Source: Xylographa opegraphella (taxonomy: Eukaryota). Taken from it: DNA of 64,000 nucleotides. How positions within the stretch are numbered: position 1 is the stretch's first letter; each line of letters opens with the position of its first letter. The position numbers were made by a program, and so were the translations under genes. Shown in pieces: positions 48,314-60,282 of the stretch. The notes below the pieces were generated by a model. That model was not told the DNA's origin and did no database searches. It was given only the letters and a program-made list of their open reading frames with translations. The stretch is from contig JALDZX010000011.1 in NCBI GenBank assembly GCA_022813865.1, forward strand, positions 310,001 to 374,000. The letters run 5' to 3'.

Positions 48314-49499
48314 ATGGCGAGCAAGCTCCCCATCGCAGTCACCCGTCTCACATCGCGCTACATCACCTCGCCCCACCACCTCCGCCTCCCGATTCGCCCA
48401 CTCCGCCCATCGGCCCCGATACCTCTGCTACGACGCACCGCCACGACCCGCACCTCCATCCACGACGGCCCTGCCGCCGACGGCATCGAATTCTCCGAAG
48501 AGAGCCTCACGCCCGCCGTCCAAGAGCTCGTCGCCGAAGAAGCAGAGCACAACGACGCCCTCGACGCCGTCTCCCCCCCCCGCCCCCCCACCGAAGCCAG
48601 GCTCCCCCTCCCCAATGAACGCGACCTCGAAGAAGACGAGGACGAGGACGACGCCAGCACGACGCGCGGCCTCGCGCGCATCGTGCCCGCCTCGCCCTCC
48701 TACTTCACCGGCAAGCCGCACTTCACGGACAGCCTGCTCGCGCTGCAGGAGCTGCTGCGGCGGCACCAGACGCTGCCGACGGTGGTGCCGGCGCAGGCGC
48801 CGCGCGTGGCCTGGCGCACGCTGCCGCAGTACCGCGTCATGGTGGGCGAGCCCGTGCGCGCGGCCAAGTACCACAAGATCGTCGAGGTCCTGCAGCGCCT
48901 GAATCGCATCCACCCCGCCCTGATGCCGGCCGAGGTCCTGGCGGCGATGGAGCAGTACCGGCGGGAGGTGGACCCGTTCGCGGTGGCGCGGCGGCCGCAG
49001 AGCGTCGATGCCGAGGGGCGCGCGTTCGGCAACGGGCGCCGCAAGGCGAGTACCGCGAACGTGTACCTCGTCGAGGGGGAGGGCGAGGTGCGCGTTAATG
49101 GCCGCGGGCTGAATGTCGCCTTTCCGCGCCTGCACGATCGCGAGAGCGCGCTGTGGGCGCTGAAGGCGACGGGCCGGGTGGACAAGTATAATGTCTGGGC
49201 CGTCGTGCGAGGGGGGGGCTTGACGGGCCAGGCGGAGAGCATCACGCTCGCGCTGGCCAAGGCGCTGCTGGTGCACGAGCCGGCGCTGAAGCCGGCGCTG
49301 CGCAGAGGTGAGTTTTTTTCGGTCCCCCCTTTTTTTTCACTTTACTGGAGAGGGTGGGTGGTTGGGAGATTGGAGAGAGATGCTAATGTGTGGTGGGGGG
49401 TGGCTAGCCGGGTGCGTGACGAGGGATCCGAGGAGGGTGGAGAGGAAGAAGACGGGGCATGTCAAGGCGCGGAAGATGCCGGCGTGGGTGAAGCGGTAG
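48314..49499 (+). CDS. MRPS9: Mitochondrial ribosomal protein uS9m
   Basis: ARIVPASPSYFTGKP; GNGRRKASTA.V; GGGLTGQAE..TLALAKAL; after intron 49308-49407, AGCVTRDPRRVERKKTGHVKARKMPAWVKR*. Confidence 0.96.
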
Positions 49500-52400
49500 A
49501 AGGGGGACTGGGGGAGGGGGAGAGGGAGGAGGAGGAGAAGGGGGATTAGACATGCATGCTACATAGCGACCGCATCACCACCGGCGTTCTACCACCCACT
49601 CTATCCATCATGCCTGTGCCGCTTCCCCTTGTTCGAACTACGACAGCACACCCGGTCATGTACGATGGCAGAGCCAAGCTATGCACATTAGAACAACGAG
49701 TCGGCGCCCCTGGCCCGCAGAGCCGGAAAAGCCCAAGCCGTTGTACTCCCTACGAGGCTCTGAGCGTGACGCGCAATGAATTAATATAATATCTACAAGG
49801 CAGCCCAAGCCCGCCCCCTCCAACAATCATCTGCGTTTCTCTATCTATAACCGGATAGATGAATACCCACCCCGCTCCCGTGGACCCCAATGCCGCTCGC
49901 ACAAAACACACCCCCCGCTGACGGGCCTCGTTTCGCCCGCTTCGTGACGTGCATGTTGTTTGTGCGTTAAGTTTTACGGTTCGTGCGGTGCTGCATTGTG
50001 AGGTTTGCTTCATGCCCGCTGGTTGGTGTGATGGTGGGGTAGAGGCCGTTGTTTGGTTCGCGGATGTACGTCTGGAGAGGAGGGGTGAGGCGGTTGGGTG
50101 GTTGGGTGGGGTTTGTGAGGGGTTTGAGGGGGGGGAAGGGTTTGAGGGGGGGGAGGGGAGGTGGGAAGGTGGGGGAGATGTTGAGGGAGGGAAGAGGGGG
50201 GACATGCGATTGTGAGGTGGGGTGGGGGGAGGATGGGGATGGGGAGGGAGAAGGGGTTGATGGCAAGGTCGCAAAGACGTGGAAAGCTCGTGACATCGAG
50301 TCGGGGGCGGTGATCGAGGGCAAGGGAGGGGTAAGTCGTTTTTTGCACTGGCCGGCACGGAGAGGAAGAACGAGACTGGGAGACAGAGACGGGTGCAAGG
50401 CGGGTGTGGACACGCTGGACGGCTGCAGTGCGTGCTTGTTGCGAGATGTGTATGAAAGCGCGGGTCTGCAATGGCTGCCTGGTGTGTTACCGACTCCTGC
50501 AGTTTTTCCCATCCATCGGTTCAGTTTGCGCAGAGGCTTGAGGACGGGCTATTGGTATGAGGTGATGGTTATAGAGTGCTACGGGGCATCCTCGCAGTGG
50601 GCGTCTTCCACGCATGGCTTGGACATGTGTTGTCGTGTGCCATTTGGAGTTCAGCCGTGAGTTCATATGTGGCCCGTATAAGGCGGGCTATGCCTCGGAC
50701 TCGATCGCGGGCAAGATGTTATCTGCAATGGGGTGACGGACTATAAGCAGTCCCGTCATCCGAGGGCTGCTCCAGGGTTCCCGCTGAGGCACAGAGAAGG
50801 CGGACAATCGAAGACGCCGATTTGTCGTGAACCACTCCTTATGGTACATTCGAGGAGGTGAGTATTCCGCAAACAGAGACGATGTCACCACGGCATGGAG
50901 GGCTGAAGGGTGTTGGATACGGGCTGAGCAGTGTATCCTCTCCCGGACATGACAGACTGGTCGTCGGTGGCCCAATATGTCGTGTGGATAAGATTCTGGA
51001 CCCGAATTGGACTAGCGACCACCAGCTTGTCACTTTAGGGAATCGAAGCTACGCTGGGTCCAAGAGGTGTCACTCGATGTGGTGTCTCTAGCACAAGGCG
51101 AGGTGCGGTGGGTTGTCTTACTGGTACAGTCCGGCTGAAGCCCAACCGGAGATGAAAGAGGCTCGAGAAGCTCTGGTGGATGTGAGTGGTCATTGGTAGG
51201 TACGTACGTCGACCACTTCTTCCCGAAAGAACAAGATTCCTGTCAACTCCGGTTCCGGTAGTCCGGTAAATGATAGTACTGTTAGTAGTCCCGCGGGACA
51301 GGAGGCGGGTGCCGTCCAAGTTGGAATCAGCTCCGCCCCACGAGAGACCCTTGGTTCCCGTCCTCACCTTTAATCACCCGCGGACTCGGAGCCAAATGAA
51401 GGGGCGTCGGGAAGGAGGCACACGAGGGTAGGGATGAAAGAACGACGGTGGACTATGCCACAGTTGGTAGGCTTCTAGAAGACGGAAAAGGCATGGAGGA
51501 GCCGTGATCGCTCATGGATGGGCTCCGACGATGCTTGCATGAACAGCAATCGGGAAACTCATGCAATTGTCGTTACTGGTTCTCCAACAGCGCAATAAGC
51601 GTACGCGTCGCGATGGCGGGTGGCCAAATTTGTGGGTGATCGCTAATGTATCCGATGTATCAGTGCTTCGCTCTTGTAACACGGATTGTCTGGAGCAGTT
51701 GACGCAGCGCGTCTATTTCGTGATGACTAAACTATCCTCACACCAGCTTCGGGCCTCAGCACGCCGTCAGCCGAGGGCGAAGCGGTGCAAGCAAGGTAAG
51801 GTATGTTGGTTCGGAGTGGATGCGGCAGTTCGACTACTACTAGTAAATATATCGAGGTGGATACTTCTTAAGGTAATCGTCCGTTCATCAAAGTGGAACG
51901 CCTCCCACGGTAATCTCCCTCAGGACCGGCGATGCAAGCAGAATGGTCCGGGTCACGACGCAAGATCCGACACGAGCGACTCAACGATGCGTCTCCGCCG
52001 CCGGTTCCTCATATGATAGCATGACCCGGACTGCTGCCGGAGGGGAAGATGCAATTTCCCGGTCTCACGAGTAGCCGAATGATGCAGCTCAAGCCCCAGC
52101 TGGAGATTGGCCGCTTTTTGTTTTCCTGCTGTGGGCACGATTCACATGACCCGCAGATGCTGCGGCAGGCGGGCGCTTTTTGACTTTTCGCCTGACATGT
52201 CCGAGCTCACTGAGGTAAGCGGAAACTCTGTTCAGGGGCAGTCGACGAAAAGGCGCCCCATAGGGTGAAGAGGGGAGTCTAGAGAGTTCAGCGACTGACA
52301 GTCATGAAAGAGTCAATTCCAGAGAAAGAGAGAGAGAGCGAGAGACTGAGAGAAAAAGCCCCTTTTCCGGAGGAGAGCACATGAGGTCACAACCCACCAC

Positions 52401-55400
52401 CCTCTGGCTCATTTACCGTCAGGATCGGCCAGGACCCTACGTGACAGACCTTCAGCACGACGGAGATGCCGACAGTACACATGGCAGACTGCGGCGAGGT
52501 GCATGAGACAGGCACAGTGCCGACGGCTGAAGGGCGGTGCGATCTCCGCTCTGCCAGCCGCTCGCTCATCTGGTGCATTTACCAGATCGCCGGTTGAGGC
52601 TGCAACCACGTGGAGCGCTGGCCAACGACTTCGAGCCTACCCTAAATCCCTACCAACGACCTGAACCGCGGGTCGTCGTCTGGCCTTGGATGGCTGTGCC
52701 TGCCGCCCACTACGAAGTACCTACTTGTCCACCCGTCCGAAAGAGTCCAAGAACCCCCCCGGGTGGTGGAGTCTGTCCAGTCCTCCACTGAAAAGGTCCA
52801 TCCACATGGCCATTACGATTGGCCACTTCTGGCAGGCAGCCTTCACTCCCTTCCTCCCATGCACAACGACTGCCATGATACATGGCTCCGACAGCCCAAT
52901 TTCCATTTCCCCCCCGTTCCAATTTCTCGGATTGCGTTATCGCAGCTATCATTGAGACGAACTAAGCTTGGATCGAGTCTAGGCTGGTGGGTGCCGCCAC
53001 GGTTGATGACCCCGCTTTGAGGCCAAGCCAGGCCAAGCATGAGCCTGCCAACATGACTGGTGCAGGCGTAAGCGGGGCCAATGGCAGCAGTCCGCAAAGA
53101 CTGTCACTTGCGAATGTCCCGGTTTCGAGTCATGCACGTAGTCAGCAGCACATTGTTTGAAACATGCAGCAGCTCGCTCATTATTGCCCATGGTCCATGG
53201 AACAACAATCATGCCCATGTTTGCGAGCTACCTTTCAGGCTTTCACATAGGGAGCGTTACATGGGTCGTGAGCAGCTGCACTCGCTACTGCGTGCAAAGT
53301 AAGAAACTCTACCTGACTTTACGCTGCTGCCCCGCGGTGGACACTTGAACGGGATAGAATAAGGTACCTTACCTTACGTATCAGCCACTTCCCCCCCCCG
53401 GCCCACCTCTCGGCGTTGCTCGCTACCCAAAGCCAGCATCAAACTCGCATCGCTCGTCCGGTTTCCTTCCTCCCAGCCATGATGACGACTCCCGAATGGG
53501 CCCTCGCTGAAAAGCTGAAACTCATGCATTGCATCGTGACCGGACCGCGCTGCTGTCATTTCGCTTGCTGCAATTCCAAATCCTCCCCTTCCAACCTCGG
53601 GCATGTAATAGTCCAGACAACAAAGCAGCCACTAGTGGGCGTCGGCCCAAAGAGTGGTCGCTGCTGATGTGCCATCGTCGGCTCGCCGCACGAGGGAGCT
53701 ACTTCCGCGGCACAATCGTCGTAGCGTCGATGGAGGACGACCGAAATCGAGGTAGGCCGGACGGAGGACGGCGGAAAGAAGAAACGCACGCCAGCAGCAG
53801 TGGCCGCACCACCAGGACGCAGGCGATGGGCTCCGAGTATGCCAGCACGCACGTTGATTGGCCCACGCCTGTCCGTTCGAACGGCTCACGCTGTTGGAGA
53901 AGATGGCCGTGGGGGTGCTGACTCCTGCTGAGACGGGCATCAAATTGCTTTCCACTGGATCGATCTTGTGAGCAGGACTGTGCTGCCTGAAACGGCTTGT
54001 GATACGGTCTTGGAGCTACGCAGCTACGCAGCTATGCTATGCCATGCCCTGCCATGCCATCCGAATGCTTCGGTACTTATTTCCCATCTCTTCTTTCAAG
54101 CCTCTTCTTTAGCCGGCCCCAGGTGTTTTGTGTGGGCGGAGGAACCGCTTCGACTACCTTTGAGCTTCCTTAGCAACTTTAGCACACCTGGCTTGTGCCT
54201 CTTATCCTTTTCAAGCGCCAAAAGACCGGCTCAGTGGCTAGGTCTTTGACTTTTCACAAGCAACGCTCGTTACAAATCACTTCCTCCCCACGCCCCCTCC
54301 CATCATCATCATCCACGACCACACACCAATTCCCCCCCCCCTCCAACCCCCATCCCCCTTCCCCTTCTCCCCCGCTTGGGCCTGCTGTCCGCAAGCAGGG
54401 TTGTCAGGAGGAATGAAGTGACGGGCTTGTCTCACGATCGATGGAGGGGATTTATTTATTATTGCGACTCGACATGCGAAAAGAGTCGGCTTGACTAACG
54501 AATATTCGCGCTGGGACAGTACAATGATATCGTGGCGCTTCTCACACGCGGCCAACTGAACGCCGCAAAGCCACTGCTGCGACGAAACGCGAAGCTCTAT
54601 CATTGGTGCTAATCTCCTGGCAGTGGTCGTAGTACCTGGTTGTCGACGCCTTGTACCTACAGTAGTCGGTCAGCCTAAGCTTTGCGAGCGCCGTCTGGCT
54701 AGGCCCTCTGGCGCCCAGATTCGGTCAGCGGGAAACCGAACGAATGCTCCTCTGACACCATCATCAGCCCGCCAGCCAGCCAACCAGCCAGCCAGCCAGC
54801 CTCGATGCCAACCTCCAGACTGCGCATTCTTTCTCCAGGTCGGATGTCACCGAGTGATTGGTTGCATGCCTACGTTCCCGTCCGTCCTCTTGCCTGTCCC
54901 GCCTCTCGTCTTCCAAGAATCTTCCTTCGAACGTCGATCCAACAACTGTGGCGCTCCCTTCAGACCACCATTATTTTTAGCATCCCCAACTACGGTACGT
55001 ATGTCACCTCGTACCACCCTCCTGCTGAGTCTCCGGTAATCTCGAGCTGACCGACGTCAGATCGCCAGCTTCTAGTGTGGAACAATCTCAGAAGCCTTGA
55101 TCTGACCCACACCATTCTTTCTCACCTCATTTTCCCTCTGCGTCCCTCGTTTGAGGCGGACCTCACATCGATGCTGGATCACCTAGATAGATCGCCCGTT
55201 ACAAGTACATTCACGTCTTTCTTTTTGACTCACCCTAGCGTCCATCACCGTGATCCCGTCCAGGATAACAATCTGCAGTCACCTTCGGCGGCGGAGATCT
55301 CCTCACTCCCCTGGTCGCTTTGCCTTGAGGGATAGCCCTGCCGAAGACGCCATTCAACACCACGTTCTTTTCGTGCCTTCTTTCGTGCCATCTTCCGTGC

Positions 55401-55847
55401 CCGTAGCCTCCGCTCCGACAGCTCCCTGGTCCCGAACGAACACGGCATGAGGGGGATCCTTGCGCTGGACGTGAATCAAGTGTCAGGATCTGACCGAAGA
55501 GGCTGGGTAAACACATGAAGCTGGTGAGTGTGTTATGAATTCAAGCTTCAAATTTCCTCCTCTTCCCTTCTTGTTAGTATGCACCTCCTCTTCAATCGAA
55601 GATTGTCCTTCCATCATCCTCTGATGATGCTTGTGCGACACGTGCTTACGCCGCTTTCCACGAGACAGCGATCTCCCGAGTGTCTGTTTCGCCTCTTGGG
55701 GACCTTCTGTGCTGCTCTGCGCACCGAGATCGCGGCCGATCTTTAAAGCTGGCCATATACGCAACTCCACCACTGTCCCCCACGGCGCATCGACGTACGA
55801 TCCTTGGCACGCCGCTGGGGAGACCTTACTCGGACCGATTTGGTGGA

Positions 55848-57128
55848 ATGGAAGGCGGCGACGACCCTCAAAGAAGGCAATATGAGCAGTCAGGATACCC
55901 CACCAGTCGCGGTTATGGCCAGGTGCCCAGAGCGGGACCAGGCAGCGAACTTTCCGATCGCTACCGACAGGCGCAAATGTCGTCGATCCGGCCACCTACC
56001 TCGGCTCCGCAGACGAGCCAGGCGCTGCAGAGTCAAGGGATCGCTGGGTATGGCTATACGCAAGGGCAGCCACAATTTACACCGCAGTTGCAAGACACTT
56101 CGATGCAATACCAGGCCGACTTCGCTCACGAGACGCCGAGGGTGCAACAATACCCTCAATACTCCTCACATTTGATGTCTTATAACATTCCGCAGCAAGC
56201 TCCGCAGCAAGCTGCATACGAGCCTGTGCAACAGTTTCAGCCACGGCAGTCTGCAGCAGTCGAGGTACTTTCCAACCAGTTTGGTGTTCCACAGTACTAC
56301 CCCCCGAGTGAATCCTCCAGTGCCCCGACGTTGGCTCAACAATATGCGTCAGCACCTTTCCAGCAGCAAATGGCCTATCAACATTCGGCGCAAGCAAATC
56401 GTTCGGCAGTGCCCGCAAGCTACGCAGTGGGGATTGCAGATTACGAACAACCTCCTCTGCCTGACGTACTCGGACAACAGCAGCCAGAACCGCAAGAGCA
56501 GCCGGATAATTCTGGCTACGATGCAGCGTACAGTCAATATTTGGAAGCCCTTCGGCGAGCGTTTCAGGATATTCGGGACGGAAGGCTCGTCGAAGCTGGT
56601 CAGTGTCTACTCGAAATCTCGGAGTGGCTTCTCGGCCATGCAAGCGAGCTTGGTAAGCTACTTGGTTTTTCACGTTGGTCGTGCGCGACGCTGATCCCTT
56701 GACAGGTCTGACCAAGGATGAGCAGCCCTTGCACGGGGAGCGGATCAAGCTTTGGAATGATTTCAACACTTGTTGGCTTGGTGTGCTGCAGCGACAGAAA
56801 GATATCACACAGGGCATGCTCGACTCGGGACAACCTCCACCTCCTCCACAAAGCATTCTTCAGATCGAGTTCCTCGAGAGAATGGGCAGAGAACTGGTTC
56901 GGCTGTGTGATGGCATGGAGCGACATGGACTTGTGGACTACCAGATGGGCGTTTGGGAGGAAGAGATTATCAGTGGCAAGTTTCTTTCACATTGCGAGAG
57001 TCATGCGCAAAGCTTACAGGCTATCAGTTCTGACCGACTGTCTCGACCTCCTTGAAGGTGAAGATGAGGACGAACCAGAAGAGGACTCCAACGTCCTACC
57101 GCCAGGTCTACAGCCCACTCCTCGCTGA
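55848..57128 (+). CDS. Conserved fungal hypothetical protein with Q/P/Y-rich N-terminus and helical C-terminal domain
   Basis: MEGGDDPQRRQY...; Y.QY..ALRR.FQ.IRDGRL.EAG..LLEISEWLLGH|GL..D...LH.ERIKLW.DFNTCWL..LQRQ; LVRLCDGMERHGLVDYQMGVWEEEII. Introns 56653-56705 and 56976-57027 (GC-AG). Confidence 0.85.
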
Positions 57129-58699
57129 TCACAAACGCATCTGAGTTTCGTTGCCTTCTTCTCTACCGGTAGCGCCATCTGCCGTGCACTTTCTTCGATT
57201 GGGCTCCTTGTGCGGCTATTTGTTCTTCTATCGGCTCGGCTTGCTCCACACTATGATGAGTTCTCCTGTTCTACGATTGTTTTCTCCCTTCGTTTTCGAG
57301 CAAATGATCGATAGATCCGACGGACTACTGGGGGTCCGGAGTTGGTTGAAGAGTACCTTGGGGATGTGGTGGCGTGGACAGGCTCTCAAAAGTGGCACAT
57401 TTACATTGGCGGCTTCTGACTCCCCTGCGTCTTGAGCTAATTTGGCTCTATTGGTGTGCGGTGTTCTAGGCTTCAGGCCAGAACTGGTTTCCTTGGGCGG
57501 TTTGTATTTCTACAGCGTGACGATGCAAAGGTCCAAGCATTGGGTGTGGCACGAAATGTTGACCACGGCGAAATGGTCGAAACGGTCCATCGTCCGCGAG
57601 GGCTGTGGATCTCTTTCCGGGGGTTGCACGGGCGTTCTCCGGAAAGTATGGGAGAAAACGGCTGTGACCGTGGCGGATGGAATACGCGGATCTGATAGGC
57701 TGGTCTGCGATGGGAGGTTGCAAAAAAGAGGGGTGAAGACCCAGAGCAGGAAAGTTGCTCCGGTCCCTGCGAGAGGCAGATCCTCGAATGTACATACGGT
57801 AGAAGAAAAGAGCCCGAGAGTTGGCCTTCCGTGCATCGCGCTAGTCACTAGCTCGCCCTAGCCATCTCCGTTGGAGCACTTGGATCAGGAGAAGCCTGCT
57901 TTTCTGATCGCTGTCGGCTGCACAAACCGCTCAACCTTTCGGGACCACTTCTGACCCTTATACCCAGAGCATCAAACGAACGATCACCGTCCCTCGATCC
58001 CAGAATCGCCAGATACCATCCCCCCTACCCATCCACAGACAGCATTCAGTCGAACCCTTCTTCCCCCTCTCCCATCTCCCCCTCCTGCCCCATACCCAAC
58101 CCTGCCCCATCCCGCTGTCTCCAACCCCCAATTTACAGACCCATCCCAGTCCCAGCTCCTGGCCGAGTCATCATGGCCATCTAGGTCTGGCTTTCGCAGC
58201 CTTTGTCCCTGTTTATATGAATGCAAGCCCGATAACTCAGCTTGGGTATCCAGCCTTCTTCCTACTCCGTACAAGAATGTATATGGTAGACGGTTACGGT
58301 GGGTATGGGCCGCAGATGAGTTTAGTTCGGGAGATGATTGTAGCGGCGGTACAGTATGGTGCCATGCTCCTGCTTAGGAGCTCAGGACGACCTGAGACTA
58401 GCTTTGCCCCGTATGAGAAGTTTGAAGCATTATCTTCGTTTTTTTACCATGGTGGTTGGGGGTGAGTAGCAGTCCACCTGAGTCGCCGGTGATGCATTAT
58501 CAAAATATCGTAGGCGGGCTCGGCGGGCAACATTTTATCAATCCTTCACGGTCTGAGTATCAAGGCTCTGCCCACAGACACGCTAGCTGCAAGCGTGCTT
58601 AGCGTTGAAAGGAAATGGACATCACACAAATTTTGGGCATCTTCCAACAAACCATAGCAAGCCACAACAAAACCGTTATAGCGAAATCGAAACTTCAAC

Positions 58700-60282
58700 A
58701 TGTCTTTCGGCAAGCTTTACACATACAATGTAAGGGACTCCCGATCTGGCTGTGCACCACTGGGCGTCTAATCCGTACAGGACAACCCACGCTCCACAGC
58801 AATCCGGGCTGTGGCCAAGGCTAACAAGCTCGACCTCGAAATTGTCGAAACCGAACCAGCCAAGGGAGTTCCAGCCGAGTACTTGAAAATCAACCCTCTT
58901 GGGAAGATCCCGTCGTTCGAGGGTGCTGATGGCTATGTCTTGACCGAAGCCATCGCTATCGCTATTTACAGTACGTGCCGTCCTGCCGCGCAAATTCGAA
59001 GATCCTACTACAATGATGAGAAATTCTATCAATTACAGTTATCCCTGTCTGAAGACTACTGTTGAGACATTATTCACACTCTGACATACACATCACAAAT
59101 CCCACCTTTATTTACTGGGCAGCATGCCTCATTTTGAGTAAAAGCTGACCGTGAGTCAGTTACATCCCAGAACGAAAAGACCAGTCTTCTGGGAAAGACC
59201 AAGCAGGACTATGCCTCTATCGTCCGATGGATGTCTTTTGCCAACCACGAAGTCCTTCCCACAATTGCTGGCTGGTTCCGTCCGCTTGTCGGCCGTGACC
59301 CCTACAACAAGAAGAACGTGGACGACTCCATGAAGGCTGCCCTTAAGGTGGTCGGTGTTCTCGAGCAACATCTGCTTATCAACACCTTCCTTGTTGGCGA
59401 GCGCATCACTCTTGCCGATATCTTTACTGCAGGCGTCATAACCCGTGGTTTCCAATACTTCTTCGACAAGGCATGGCGCTCTGCCAACCCCAATGTCACT
59501 CGATGGTACGAAACCGTCTACAACCAGCCCATATACTCTGCCGTAGCAGACAAGCTCAACTTTATCGACGAGGCTATGAAGAACACTCCTCCTGCGTCTG
59601 CCAAAAAGGACGCTTCGACTAAGAAGGAGAAGGAGCCAGCTGCTAAGAAAGAGGCCCCGAAACCCAAGGCCAAGGAGGTGGAAGATGAAGAGGAGGAGGA
59701 AGTACAAGCACCCAAGCCGAAGCACCCTCTCGAAGCGCTGCCCAAGGCAACACTTGTGCTTGATGACTGGAAACGGAAGTACTCCAACGAAGAGACACGC
59801 GAAGTGGCACTTCCATGGTTCTGGGAGAACTTCAAGTCAGACGAGTACTCGTTATGGAAGGTCGACTACAAGTACAACGATGAGCTGACCCAGGTGTTCA
59901 TGTCTTCCAACTTGATTGGTAAGTCATCGAGTTCAACATTTGTTTACCTCGGTTGTAATCATCGTATACCTAACCTTGTTGCTTCCTTCTTGTAGGTGGA
60001 TTTTTCGCACGTCTCGAAGGCTCCCGCAAATACATCTTCGGCGCTGCCTCGGTGTATGGCCAAGCCAACGACTCCGTCATCCAAGGAGCATTCCTCGTCC
60101 GCGGCCAAGAAGCTGTTCCCGCTTTCGAGGTCGCACCGGACTACGAGAGCTACGAGTTCACAAAGCTAGACCCGAGCAAGGCAGAGGACAAGGAATTCGT
60201 CGACAACCAGTGGAGCTGGGACAAGCCCATCGAGGTCGGTGGTAAGACGTATGACTGGGCCGACGGGAAGGTCTTCAAGTAG
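58700..60282 (+). CDS. TEF4: Translation elongation factor 1B gamma
   Basis: MSFGKLYTYN|DNPRSTAI.AVAKAN; NPLGKIPSF.G.DG..LTE..AIA.Y (GST-like); FLVGERITLAD; PKPKHPL..L...LDDWKRKYSN; ALPWFWE; FMSSNLIGGFF.RLE; WADGKVFK*. Three introns. Confidence 0.97.
59008..59088 (+). ncRNA. snR38: Intronic box C/D snoRNA, snR38-like (guides LSU rRNA Gm2815 equivalent)
   Basis: Inside EF1B-gamma intron 2 (58972-59159). Box C ATGATGA 59013-59019; guide CAGTTATCCCTGT, complementary to LSU ACAGGGAUAACUG, directly before box D' CTGA 59049-59052; box D CTGA 59081-59084. Yeast snR38 lies in the TEF4 intron. Confidence 0.9.

Noticed and set aside
49750..50660. Several 150-200-aa ORFs in a G-rich tract
   Set aside because: Low-complexity translations on both strands; compositional artefact.
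53910..54020. GGGGTGCTG...GCTGAGA resembling the 5' half of a TPP riboswitch
   Set aside because: The 3' half (GAACYTGAT..GG.TAAT.CC.GCG) is absent and no thiamine gene is adjacent.
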